Assembly: GCA_964016885.1 (NCBI GenBank)
Contig: OZ024743.1
Coordinates: 173,414,001 to 173,478,000, forward strand
DNA from: Eledone cirrhosa
Lineage: Eukaryota
DNA: 64,000 bases
Reading direction: 5' to 3'
A program made the translations under genes and the position numbers. Under the pieces are notes generated by a model. It was not told the DNA's origin, did not search any database, and was given only the letters and a program-made list of their open reading frames with translations. This document shows, one piece after another, positions 1 to 11,950 of this stretch. Positions within the stretch are counted from its first letter, which is position 1; every line of letters starts with the position of its first letter.

Positions 1-257
1 CCCTTCCTAACACCAACCTCATTTACAGTGAGTGCTGGGTGCTTTTTTTTTTTTGCCGTGGCACCTCCACGACCACTTTGTAGTAGAATGATATGGACCC
101 CAGTCCCTATCATCTCATTTCTACAGCTGAGTAAACTGGAGCAATGTGAAATAAAGTGTCTTGCTCAAGGAAACAACACATCACCCGGTCTGAGAATTGA
201 ACTCACAACCTTTCGATTGCAAGGCCAATGCTCTAACCACTAAGCCATGTGCCTCCA
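1..257 (-). mobile_element. tRNA-derived SINE family 2 (RTE-type 3' tail), truncated by window edge
   Basis: Minus strand begins GGAGGCACATGGCTTAGTGGTTAGAGC (A box) ... GAGTTCAATTC (B box), then CCTTGAGCAAGACACTTTATTTCAC core; near-identical to 30146-30492 and 8134-8258. Confidence 0.85.
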
Positions 258-960
258 TATATATATTTAAATTTGGTGGTTTACCAGTGGTTAGAATTGG
301 TCATTCTGCAATGTTAACCATGACATACTAGTTGTCAATTTCTGTTACTCAAGTTTAAGAATCTGAGTAACATCGACCAAGGAGTGTCTCAGCATACAAT
401 TGTTTCCAACTCAACATATAGGTAACTGCTTCAAGTTGTTCTTAGGGGGATCTTTAGAAAGTTCTGCAATCGATAATCCATGGAGTAATTACAATTAGAT
501 AATCAGTTTCACAAATACACTATTCATGTTTCATCAATATGTGAAGGTATATATATGTGCAAAAGGTTCAGTAAGTCCAAAGAAAACTGGTGGGAGTACC
601 AATGTAAGCACTCGATGCAGAGCAGAGTGTATATAATAACAGGCCTAGAATCGAACAGATGCACGTATCCCGAACATTACAAGAAAATAATCATTATAAA
701 CACAAACAAAGGCAAAAATAAAATATTCTAGGCCATGATTGGTCATTCTATAGGCTTGTTTGTGTCTGGCTTGTTTGTCTTCAGATTTGATGTGATTTTT
801 GTTGTGTTAACACTGGTCTGAGGATCAGTCAGACTTGGAGTCTGGTCTGGGATGATGACCCCCAGATCATGACCCGGCTGCCTGGGAAACATTTGTAACT
901 GGGTTAAGCAAGAAATCTCATATGTAACACCTCTACTTTGTTCTTATTATATTTATATAA

Positions 961-1147
961 GGCGGTGGATTGGCAGTATCGGTAGAGGGTCGGACACTAG
1001 GCTTTGACGTATAGAGTTACGCCCCTTGCCATTCTGAGTTCAAATCCGGCCGAGGTTAACTTTGCCTTTCATCCTTACAGGGTTGATAAAATAAAGTACC
1101 AGTAATGTACTGGGTAATTGCTGGCCTTGTGCCTAAAATAGAAACAA
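961..1147 (+). mobile_element. tRNA-derived SINE family 1 with Nin/Deu-like central domain
   Basis: A box TGGCAGTATCGG, B box GAGTTCAAATCC, central TTTGCCTTTCATCC...GATAAAATAAAGTACCAG; flanked by ATTATATTTATATA (946-959, 1147-1160). Confidence 0.88.
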
Positions 1148-1166
1148 TTATATTTATATATATAGG

Positions 1167-1354
1167 GGCGGTGGATTGGCAGTATCAGACGAAGGTCTGA
1201 CGCCATGCTTTGCAGCAAAGAGTTATGGCCCTTTATGGTCTGAGTTCAAATCCCGCCAAGGTTAACTTTGCCTTTCTTCCTTAAGGGGTCGATAAAATAA
1301 AGTACCAGTAATACACTGGGATAATTGCTAGCCTTGTGCCAAAAGTAGAAACAA
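1167..1354 (+). mobile_element. SINE family 1, second tandem copy
   Basis: Same head, core and tail as 961-1147; followed again by ATTATATTTATATA. Confidence 0.88.
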
Positions 1355-1641
1355 TTATATTTATATATATATATAGAGAGAGAGATAGTAATAATAATAA
1401 ATGTGAAGACTAAAATCCAAAGAGGGCTCGATAAGGATAAATATATATCAAATATATAAGAACCCTAGAGCAAATATGTATGTATATATATATATAACCA
1501 AAGATTAATATGGTTCATTGATTACTCAATGAATACAGTTTTAAAATAGATTAAAAGCACTCAACAGTGAAATATTCCTGGAGTTTTAATATTATTCAAA
1601 ATATTAACAAATGAAGATATTCACATAATCAAAATATATGC

Positions 1642-1702
1642 TTTATTATATATATTTCGAAGGTTTGTGTTGTTTTTTTCCAGTACGTCCTCGTCAGATA
1701 AA
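1642..1702 (-). ncRNA. Degenerate type I hammerhead ribozyme
   Basis: Minus: TTTAT-CTGACGA-GG...CCTTC-GAAA-TATATATA-ATAAA; stems I and III intact, stem II poorly paired. Confidence 0.55.
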
Positions 1703-2748
1703 ATATATGATTTGATATATGACATACCTCTACGGTCTTGATATTTCAATTCCAGTATTGGCAGTGATTTATTTCGTCAAATCTCAACATTTATATATCA
1801 CAAATAATAATATGAAAAACTTTAAGAAGAAAAGGACGTGGAGCGAATTAGAGATATAAGAGTGTGTAAAGAAGATGATATGCAAAAAATATATATATAA
1901 GAAAAAGAAAGAGAAAAAATAAAAAATACATATATCAATGAATATATAGATGGGTGAAAAATATATAAACAGGAAGAAAAAGAAGAAAGAAAGAAGAAAT
2001 AACGGCAAAAGAGTAGAAAAAACCGTTGTTTTCAAATATTAGGTCAATTGAGTCAACCAATCAGTTACCATAGACCATTGAATATCTCTAGTATTTGGTT
2101 ATGGGTAAACTAATTATACTAATATAATAAATGAATCAATAAACATTACTTTTCATAGCCTTCACATATTTAATTTAAAATTTATATAATTTAATTTAAC
2201 TCATTATAGATTTTAATTTCTGGTTTAGGTAATATATTCCATAAGTATTTTGTTACAATTATAAAAAATTATCTTTAAAGCATATTTAAATAATTATTAA
2301 ACCTGTATTAAACATATATTAAAATACATGCATATAACACCTTTATAAAGTCTTTCAAATCTTTAGTTATCATATAATTACAGGATTAAAATTTTAGTTA
2401 AATTTACTCGCAAAAATTTTTATTTACTTCAGTAATTACGAATTATTAGAGTTTCCTTTTAAAGAAATTCTTATATTATTCAAATATATAATTTATTTCA
2501 AAAATTAAAATAGCAAGCTATTCAAACAGAGTAAAAAATTTACGAAGAATGTAAACAAACGGAAGATAACTCATTCCCCATATTTGAGCATTAAACAATA
2601 TATCTACTCTGAAATCAAGTGATATTTCTAAACCATAAATCAACAATTTTTAAGTTAAATATTGAACTGCCCTGATCAAAAAACTTAGGATACAGAGGCC
2701 TGTAAGGAAATTATTATAATAGATAAAACATCAATACATTATTACTCC

Positions 2749-2795
2749 GTAATACACTGGGATAATTGCTGGCCCTGTGCCAAAAGTAGAAATAA
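2749..2795 (+). mobile_element. 3' fragment of SINE family 1
   Basis: GTAATACACTGGGATAATTGCTGGCCCTGTGCCAAAAGTAGAAA, flanked by duplicated ATTATTACTCC. Confidence 0.7.
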
Positions 2796-3087
2796 TTATT
2801 ACTCCAGTAAGGCAAAAATTATAAATATAAATATATTTATAAAAATTATTAATTGTCAATATTCTTTCGAAACTTGTATAGTGCTTGGAATGTTTTACAG
2901 GCTCTATGTTGGCAGCTGCTAAATAATTCTTTTTTCTTATTAATTAAATTGTCATAATCTGTAACTATCAATAGAGTCCCAAGATTGCAAAGATTGTAAT
3001 TTGGCAAAATGGAAGCGTTCCGATAGGAATTGGCATTTTTTAGCAGTGTCCAAGAGATGGAGTATTTAATATTATATATATATATAT

Positions 3088-4432
3088 ATTGTTATACTTG
3101 GGGAGGGTCATATTTGTGTAATATTGCCAGAATTAATAACAGAACACACTCACTGTTTGGTTGGTTTTCGCTTCTCGCTTCTGTGTCTTTTATATCGGTA
3201 ATCTAACTTACTCGGTCCTCAATGTTGCCATTGACTGACCGACGGTCAAAAATAATACAGATACAATATAGACACAAACACATATATATAGTTTATCATA
3301 AATCTTTCGTTGCACATCTGGAACATCGTCAGTGGTGATATCGTTTCCTCCTGTTGTATTATATGTCTACGCCATTTTTATTCAGTCTGTCTATATATTT
3401 ATTTATTTATTTGCTTGTTTGTTTATTTTATTTTGTCTTCTTTGCGCATGCGTTTGCGTGTGTGTATAGTGTTTTGTTTGCTGTGTGATGGGTGACTAGG
3501 GTGTGTTTATGTGCTTGTTGTTATTGTGTTTGTGTATGTATTTATTTATTTATTTATTTATTTATTTTATTTTATTTACTTATTTATACTTCTCTTAGGT
3601 CAGTGTTGTTTGTTTGGGTGTTGTTGTTATTCCATTCATTCTTTCTGTTTAGTCTTGGCCTTCTAATTTCTATTTCACTGGTCTCTGATTTGCCTATCTG
3701 CTAGGTCATTTCTATGTTTAGATATTATTCTAATTTCTATGTTGTCTATGTTACCGTCATGTTGTTGTCTAGCATGTTCGTATAGTACTGACCCGTTTTT
3801 TCGTCCTTTTAGTTCCCCCCAGTGTTGGTCTATCCTTTCACCTATGCTACGAGCTGTCTCACCTATGTATGTTGTTGTCATGTTTCTGCAAGTACCCTCT
3901 GTACATCTTATGCTATAGACTACGTTTCTAGTTTTACAGTTTATCCGGGGGGTTTACCTTACATATGATACACTTCCTATTGTTACAGTGGGTTTTCTTA
4001 AAAGGGTAGGTTTTGCTGATCAGGGATTTTATGGTGGTTCCTGGCTTTTCTACCACCTTAATTTTTAAGTGGGTCTTTCTCAGGGCCTTTCTACACTGGT
4101 TAGCTAATTTCCCTCCGGGGGTAGCGTCCACAAACATGACACTCTGGTATCTCTGGTTGTCATACCATGAGGTGGCTTTCCCTATCTTATGTCTAGCCCT
4201 ATCTAAGCTATTCCATGATTTGCTCCTGTATAATGGGCAAATTTCTTTCATGTCCAGTTCTATGAGGGTCTTATACTTCTCCATGGCTCCTTTGTATACT
4301 CTAACTCTGTCTCTTTGGTTGTAGCCAGAGAACTGCATGCGGTTGATGAAGTGTTGGATGTGTCTTTCCATTTCTGTTGGGTCGCACATGCGGGACACAT
4401 TCTTCATCACTCTCACCAAATCTGCGATCAGA
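3088..4432 (-). mobile_element. 5'-truncated PLE (second lineage): RT thumb, Cys linker and GIY-YIG, frameshifted
   Basis: ORFs 3934-4611 (RMQFSGY...PLYRSKSW...MFVDATPGGKL...CNNRKCIIC) and 3675-3881 (YIGETARSIGERIDQH); hammerhead at 3295-3336; terminus TGACCCTCCCCAAGTATAACAAT shared with 11273 and 58631. Confidence 0.85.
3295..3336 (-). ncRNA. Minimal type I hammerhead ribozyme (weak stem I)
   Basis: Minus: ACCA-CTGACGA-T-GTTCCAGATGTGCAAC-GAAA-GATTTA-TGAT. Confidence 0.6.
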
Positions 4433-4635
4433 ATATATATATATATTTGTTTTGCGAGGTTTTTGATATGAAATCGTGTGTCAAAACAAATATTGTAATA
4501 CTTGGGGAGGGTCATATTGTTGTAATAATATTGCCAGAAACTGTTTGGTTGAAGGAACGGGCAGGGCAGAATCAGGAAAAAAAAAATTGGGGGGGAAAAT
4601 AACAAGTCCATTCATGTGGTACTTTTACCTGGCAC

Positions 4636-6296
4636 AAATACAGTTTTGGTTTGTGCCAGGTAAAAATACCATAGATGCTCTCTTCCTTGTATGGCAACTA
4701 CAGGAGAAGTACCTAGCTAAAAGTAAACCCCTCAACTTAGCTTTTGTAGACTTGGAGAAAACCTTTGACAGAATCCCCCGCTCCATTATCTGGTGGACTC
4801 ATAAAAAGCTAGGAGTAGATGAATGGCTTGTGAGAGTTATACAAGCTATGTATAGAGAAACAGTCAGCAAGGTTAGAATTAATAATGAATATAGTGAGGA
4901 ATTGAGTATAAAAGTAGGTGTTCACCAAGGCTCTGTCCTTAGCCCCCTCCTGCTTATTATTGCCTTACAGGCTATAACAAGAGTTTAAGACAGGCTGCCC
5001 ATGGGAACTCCTATACGCAGATGATCTAACTCTCATAGCTGAATCTAAGGCTGAACTAGAGAAGAAATTCCAAACATGGAAGCATGGCCTAGAATCAAAA
5101 GGCCTTAAAGTTAACTTGTCGAAGACTAAAGTTCTAGTATATAGAAAGGAAAATAGGGCTCAGGTGCCCTCTGGGAAATGGCCATGCTCAGTGTGTAGGA
5201 AAGGAGTAGTTAGAAATTCTATTCTATGCCCCAAATGCAAACTATGGGTACATAAAAGATGTAGTGGGATCACAGGCAAGCTATCTAAGAATGTAGATTT
5301 TATGTATGGTCAATACTCAGGTACAGTAAGTAGCAAGTGCCCTCTTGATACTAACTCCTTCAACTGCCCAGATGGTTCTGTAGAAATAGTAGACACTTTC
5401 CGTTACTTGGGTGACAAAATCAGCAGTGGAGGAGGGTGTTCTGAAAGTACAGTAGACACAAAAGGTTTCTCTCTGAAAATGAAAGGTAGATTGTATGATG
5501 CTTGTATATGAGCAGCAATGTTACATGGCTGTGAGACATGGGTATTGTGTGCAGAAGACCTGCGCAGATTGGAAAGGAACGAAGCATGCATGCTCCGTTG
5601 GATGTGTAATAGTAATATACACAAATGGCAAAACATAAACAAACTAAGTGTGAAATTAGGAATAAAAGGAAATCAGATGCAGTTTGCTTGAGAGAAGATT
5701 ACGTTGGTATGGCGCATGAAAGACGGCAGCTGTATAAAAAAGTGCACGGCGATCAAAATTGATGGAAGCTACGTCCCAGAAAAACCTGGGATGACATGAT
5801 AAAATCTGACCTTGCACATTTACACCTCTTTAAGACAATGTCACTGAATCGAAACCTTTGGCACTGAGCAATAATACAGAAAACCCGCCTTCCCTTACAT
5901 ACGAAGTTAAACCTACAGTCAGTAGGCACCTCTTAACCAAATATACACCCCTAATCCATCCTCTCACTTCCACCCATACCACCCTTTTTCTGTAAAGTTA
6001 TGTTGGTATCACAGAACATCCAGTCCACACTAAAGTGGTTGTGTAGGTGTCACAACAAAAAGCACTCAGTCCACGCTGTAAATTGGTCATGTAGGAGACA
6101 TGGTAAAAAGGCACCCAGTCAGTCCACACTGTAGATGTGGTTGGTGTTAGGAAGGGCATCCAGCCATAGGAAACCTGCCAGATACAGTCCTATACGAGTG
6201 AGACACAGTAACCCGACCAATCTTGCCTCAAGTGGAACAATTTCCGTCTAATCCATGCTAGCATGGAAGATAGACGTAAACACTGATGATGATGAT
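4636..6296 (+). mobile_element. RTE-clade LINE family A, 5'-truncated and decayed
   Basis: AFVDLEKTFD, GVHQGSVLSP, YADD region, PHD-like CSVC...CPKC..WVHKRC; 3' UTR ends CATGCTAGCATGGAAGATAGACG...(GAT)n. Confidence 0.92.
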
Positions 6297-6325
6297 ATAT
6301 ATATATATGCATATATATATATATG

Positions 6326-6356
<31 letters not shown>

Positions 6357-6389
6357 GTAAATGTATATATATGTATATGTATATATATT

Positions 6390-6420
<31 letters not shown>

Positions 6421-8133
6421 CTTCTCTTCTCGTTTTGTGGCAGCATTCACCCTGGGTCGGTTGAGCTGGCTCCGTCAAACGAATTTACCTTTTCCCAAAT
6501 GAAGGCCGACCAAGCACGACAGTCCAATGCTATCGAAGATATGTGTGTCAGCCATTCGCGGTTCCATCGCCGAACCCCACACAGGCATGGGCCTAAGTTC
6601 AGCTCAGCGTCTTGCCTCACCGTCCTAAGCCACGTTTTCCTCCATCCCAATGGAAGAGATGGATCAATGGCTTCGCAGATGAAGTCGCCCGGTTGTCGAC
6701 GGAGAACATGACCAAGCCAGTGAAGACACCTCATGAGAGGAGCTTGCTGAAGGGAGGAGATTTTGCAGCATGCACGGATTGCAGAATTCGAGATGAATTG
6801 TTGCCAGCGAAACAATGATGGTCGAACACTTCAAGTTTGTGCATGTCCTCACCTTGTTGGTTAAAGATGATTTCACTGCTGCTCCTGGATGATTTTGTGC
6901 TCGATCGAAGGAGATTGTATAGCTTTCTTGAGTCACTGACAGATGAAGCATGCTCCATGTCCCCTGCAATCTTCTGCCAGTAAGCGTTACGATCGGCTCC
7001 TGAAGAAAGAGCGGTCTCTCGTCGTAGACGACGGTAGTCATTGGAACCAGCACAGCGGGCTTGTTTCGTTATATTTGTGATATTAGTTGTCTGCCCGAGA
7101 TCCAATCTTTTGCACATCTTTTGGTAGTGCCCAGCGTCTTAAAAGCTACTTCTTTGATGTTGCCCTTAAAGGGCTGCCACATATCCTCAACTGGGCTATC
7201 ATCTGATTGAAGGGTATCAAGGCCGCTGAATCAGTTGGACAACTGGATGCGGAAGGAATTTTCAGTGTCCTTACACTTGGGTCTCGCAACGTCATATTTT
7301 GGGGATCAAGAGGGTGTCTTGTTCGTCTTGAGATGTAGACGCAGCTTGGTGCAGACTAGAATGTGATCAGATCCATTTTCGTTGCCGGTTTCAGCACTGC
7401 GAAATGCACGACAGTCATGGACGCTTGAGGCCCAGCAGGCTTTGATGAGTATGTGATCCATCTGGTTTGCTGTAACACTGTCGCAGGAATACCAAATCAC
7501 GAGATGGCGCCTTAGGTGCTTGAAACTGTGAGTTGGTTTGTTGCAGTGAAGTTGATAAGACGGTCTCTGTTTCAACAGCGGTCGCCGATTGCGAATGGGC
7601 TAATTACGTGTCTATTACTAGCATCACCCATGCCCGTACGGGCATTAAAATCTCCAGCACCAACAAAATCTCTCGAGCGGATTCTATCAAAGACAGTTTG
7701 GAGACAATCATAGAAGGCATCTTTGGCATCATCATCTGCAGTTGAATTCAGGCCAAGTGGGGTGAGATCGGCTCCCAGGCTAAAAGTGCAGCGGTTTCTT
7801 GATCACCCTGACGTCCAGAGTTGTCCGTGGGCCCACTGTGGTAGAGATGACAAGACGCCTCAGCTTGCGGGAACTTGCTGACTCGGCAGCCGATATTAGG
7901 TAATCTGACTTCTGAGAGGCAAGGGACATCGACACCGTATTGATGGAGAGAACACATCGTGAGGGAGGTTCTTCTGATTTTAGCGTCCGAACATTCCATG
8001 CAAAATGGCGAAATTCTCTACGTTGGAACATCCCAGTTTGCTGACTTGACACTTGCATCGCCGGGGCAGCGAGCGCGTCGGCTCCTGCGGATGCCGTACC
8101 AGAGGTCGTATTCAATATGGTTGGCAAATACAT
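6421..8133 (-). mobile_element. RTE-like LINE family E, internally deleted (AP endonuclease plus C-terminus, no RT core)
   Basis: FAWNVRTL, CLSEVRLP, NQMDHILI, SDHILV endonuclease motifs; near 6815 jumps to LHWLGHVLRR...RKTW C-terminal motif; (GAGAA)-type tail at 6421. Confidence 0.8.
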
Positions 8134-8255
8134 GAGTCAGAGTAATGCGAAATAAAGTGTCTTGCTCAAGGAAACAACACATCACCCGGTCTGAGAATTG
8201 AACTCACAACCTTTCGATTGCAAGCCCAATGTTCCAACCACTAACCCATGTGCCT

Positions 8256-8258
<3 letters not shown>
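8134..8258 (-). mobile_element. SINE family 2 head (tRNA part plus start of core)
   Basis: Matches 140-257; abuts the ATG of the RTE ORF at 8133. Confidence 0.8.
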
Positions 8259-8317
<59 letters not shown>

Positions 8318-8410
8318 TTATTTTAAAATAACAGATTAAAGTTTAAGCAAAGAATCGCTGCTTTCACCCTTAACGGGATCTTATATATATATTTATATAT
8401 ATATATATAT

Positions 8411-10220
8411 ACTAACTTCAAAAAACGAAACAATCAGGGGAACACGCCAATCAGATAGATTATATCCTTACCAGAAGACGAGACAGAGTGTCTGTTGTAA
8501 ACACTAAATCCGCCCCATGAAGAATGCACCTCCCAACATAGACTCATAGTCAGGACAAGACGTACTCAACAACAGAGGACTATCCTCAGGAGAAAAATAT
8601 GGAAGCTAAAGGACTCCACAGCCAGTAATTTAAAAGCATATTACTTGATGCTTTTGACAGTAAGGAAGAGCAATTAGAGTCGTACAATATAGAGGAACAG
8701 TGGGAATTCCTGAAAGCTAACCTGCTGAAGGCGGCAGATGAAGTCTGTGGCTGGAGCAGGCCTATAGGCAGGAGGAGAGTAACGTGGTGGTGGAACAGTA
8801 AGGTGGAGGAGTCAATTAAGGCCCAAAAGCAGGCTTGGAAAGTATGGCGGGATGGGGGAAGTAGAGAAGACTATCAAGTGGCCAGGAGGGAAGCTAGGAG
8901 ATATGTGTACTTCGCAAGAAGGGAAGCAGAGGAAAGAAAGTTCAAGCATGTTCTACAACGCGAGGACCAAAAACGTGAGGTGTTCAGGATTGCTAGGAAA
9001 TGTGTCAAGGAAAACCGTGATATTGTCGGGGAGAAGTGTATACGTAATGATGATGGTGTACTGGCCATCACTGACGCTGATAAGAAGGTAGCTTGGAAGT
9101 GTCACTACGAAAGGCTACTAAATGAGGAGAATAAATGGGAGAAAGACAGTCTCCCCCACATCAGTCCAATAGAGGGACCAGCAGTTCTAGTTGAAGGTAG
9201 TATAATAAGTAAGGCAATCAAAGATATGAAGACGGGTAAGGTGGCTGGGCCTTCGGAAATAGTTGCTGAAGTGCTGAAAGCATTTGGAACAGTGGGACAC
9301 ATTATGGTCACCCGGATAGTAAACCAAGTCATACAGAATGGGGCCGTTCCGAAGGACTGGCGTAGCAGCATCATCATTAACTGCTACAAGGGTATAGGAG
9401 CTGCCCTAGATAGGGGTAACTATAGAGGCATTAAATTAATCGACCAGGTCATGAAGATCACAGAAAAAGTAATAGCAGTTAATGCAGTTCGAGTTTGTGT
9501 CAGGTAAAAGTACCACAGACGCTCTTTTCATTGTACGACAACTACAGGAGAAGTACCTAGCTAAAAGTAAACCCCTATACTTAGCTTTTGTTGACTTGGA
9601 GAAAGCCTTTGACAGAGTCCCCCGCTCCATTATCTGATGAATGGCTTGTGAGAGCTATACAAGCCATGTATAAAGAAACAGTCAGCAAGGTTAGAATTAA
9701 CAATGAATATAGTGAAGAGTTTTGTGTAAAAGTTGGTGTTCATCAGGGCTCCGTTCTTAGCCCCCTACTATTTATTATTGCCCTTCAGGCTATAATAGAG
9801 GAGTTCAAGACCGGCTGCCCATGGGAACTCCTATACGCAGATGATCTAACGCTCATAGCTGAATCAATGGCTGAACTAGAGAAGAAATTCCAAACATGGA
9901 AGCATGGCCTAGGATCAAAAGGCCTTAAAGTTAACTTGTCTAAGACTAAAGTTCTAGTTTGTAGGAAGGAAAATAGGGCACCGATCCCATCTGGGAAATG
10001 GCCATGCTCACTTTGTAGGAAAGGAGTACGCAGAAACTCCATTTTATGTCCCAAATGCAAAGTATGGGTGCATAAAAGATGTAGTGGGATCACAGGTAAG
10101 CTAACTAAGAATATAGATTTTATATGTGGCCGGTGCTCTGGTGCAATAAGTAGCAGCAAGTGCTCACAGAATACTAGCTCATGCAAGCGTGGAAGATGGA
10201 CGTTAAACGATGATGATGAT
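8411..10220 (+). mobile_element. RTE LINE family A copy with internal deletion before the tail
   Basis: ORFs 8803-9507 (NYRGIKL) and 9588-10271 (GVHQGSVLSP, LLYADD, PHD-like finger); jumps to the tail near 10180, then (GAT)n. Confidence 0.92.
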
Positions 10221-10274
10221 ATATATATATATATATGTATATATAGTTATGTAATAAACACCATAAGATAATTA

Positions 10275-10347
10275 TTTCCTTTACCAAAGGTTTCACGAAG
10301 ACAGACGAGCCTGGCATAGACGTCTGACTTTGGTCGTCAGAATGAAA
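10275..10347 (-). ncRNA. Type I hammerhead ribozyme in a solo PLE terminal fragment
   Basis: Minus: TTTCATT-CTGACGA-CCAAAGTCAGACG...CGTCTGTCTTCGT-GAAA-CCTTTGGTA-AAGGAAA; a related decayed copy lies at ~14031-14093 (+). Confidence 0.65.
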
Positions 10348-10600
10348 TTTATTTAAAATGGAAGGGAGATATGGATTTCAAAACAAAGTCTAGGACAATT
10401 GAAAAGGAGGCTGAAATAAAATAACAGATGTAATGTAAAGGGCAAAATAATAAATGTATATGTGTATATACAAACACACATATACAAGCACATACCCATG
10501 TATATACGTACATGTAGCCTACATAGAGCACTGTCTTTTCCTTTACCTTTCCTATGGAAACACTTCGTATATATATATATGTGTGTGTGTATATATATAT

Positions 10601-10638
<38 letters not shown>

Positions 10639-10651
10639 GTATATATATGTA

Positions 10652-11252
10652 TGGTCACCAGTTGGTGCTACTGGTAACATGTATCCCAGTACAACCTATC
10701 TCATGGTCGGGTCGTTGGCGACTAAACTGGCAACCCCACCAAGGTTTCTTGGTGAGGAGGGTGACTTTGGACATCCTGCAGGACTAAAAACAAAACCTGT
10801 CAAAGGGCAAAGGAGCTCTTAAGAGTCAATGGCCATCCAAAATCACCGGGAGAGATGACCCCTTAGCCTTTGTCAAGGCAGAATTCTAGAAGGAAAACTC
10901 TGATATAACACCTGCAACCCTGATGGTATCCAATGATGTTGACTTGTTCTTCTTTTTGGTAAATGTCATCTTGGTTAAGAGAGTGGGACTGGCTTTGTGC
11001 AGTGCCTTTGCTCACTATGAAAGCTTCACAGCACAGGCATTGCTTTATATCTGGAGATCTCTCTGCACTTGTCATCACATGGTACCATGGGCCCAGCACT
11101 ATGTGTCAATATTGTCACAAGTGTAGTGTTTGTACCAGAGCTTTCAAGTCGCTGGCTGGACTAAAAAGTCACACTCGTTCAGTGCATCAGTAGGGCTTCT
11201 CCTACATGGATATAAAGTAGTGGCCATACTCGAAAACGAGTTGACAGCCACC
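10652..11252 (+). mobile_element. Short internally deleted non-LTR element (RTE-like family C) with C-terminal C2H2 finger
   Basis: CSVCTRAFKSLAGLKSHTRSVH-stop; bounded by (TA)n on both sides; no RT present. Confidence 0.55.
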
Positions 11253-11272
11253 ATATATATGTATATATATAT

Positions 11273-11536
11273 ATTGTTATGCTTTGGGAGGGTCATGTTG
11301 CCAATAAGAAACACACGCACCAGTTGCTTTCACTCCAATTTATTATAAATTTCCGGTTGGTTGATTGGTTCCACAACCGGACGGTTGTTCATATATTGTC
11401 AAAGTTCTTTCGTCACACATTCTGTGACCTCTTCAGTGACTGGGGATTCTTTTCTTTGTTTTTGTGCCTCTCCTTTGTTCTGTCCTACGCCATCTTTCAG
11501 ATAAAGAATCTTGCTAAACAAATTCAGAAACGAAAT
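11273..11536 (-). mobile_element. Solo PLE terminal repeat with hammerhead and a short inverted ORF-start piece
   Basis: Shares terminus with 3088 and body with 58631-58814; the + strand end encodes FQIKNLAKQ, like FHIKNLAKQ on the minus strand at ~4445-4475. Confidence 0.75.
11398..11440 (-). ncRNA. Minimal type I hammerhead ribozyme
   Basis: Minus: GTCA-CTGAAGA-G-GTCACA-GAATG-TGTGAC-GAAA-GAACTT-TGAC. Confidence 0.75.

Positions 11537-11949
<413 letters not shown>

Positions 11950-11950
<1 letters not shown>

Larger units (their letters stand above)
1497..3072 (-). mobile_element. 5'-truncated PLE: GIY-YIG C-terminus, AT-rich 3' UTR and hammerhead-bearing terminal repeat
   Basis: Minus ~3072-2850 translates NIKYSISWTLLKNANSY...NLCNL...LINKKKELFSSCQHR, matching the C-terminus of ORF 24311-26080; hammerhead core at 1642-1702. 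Confidence 0.75.

Noticed and set aside
185-257. tRNA-like sequences (also 961, 8190, 30420)
   Set aside because: SINE heads continuing into core and tail; no proper cloverleaf.
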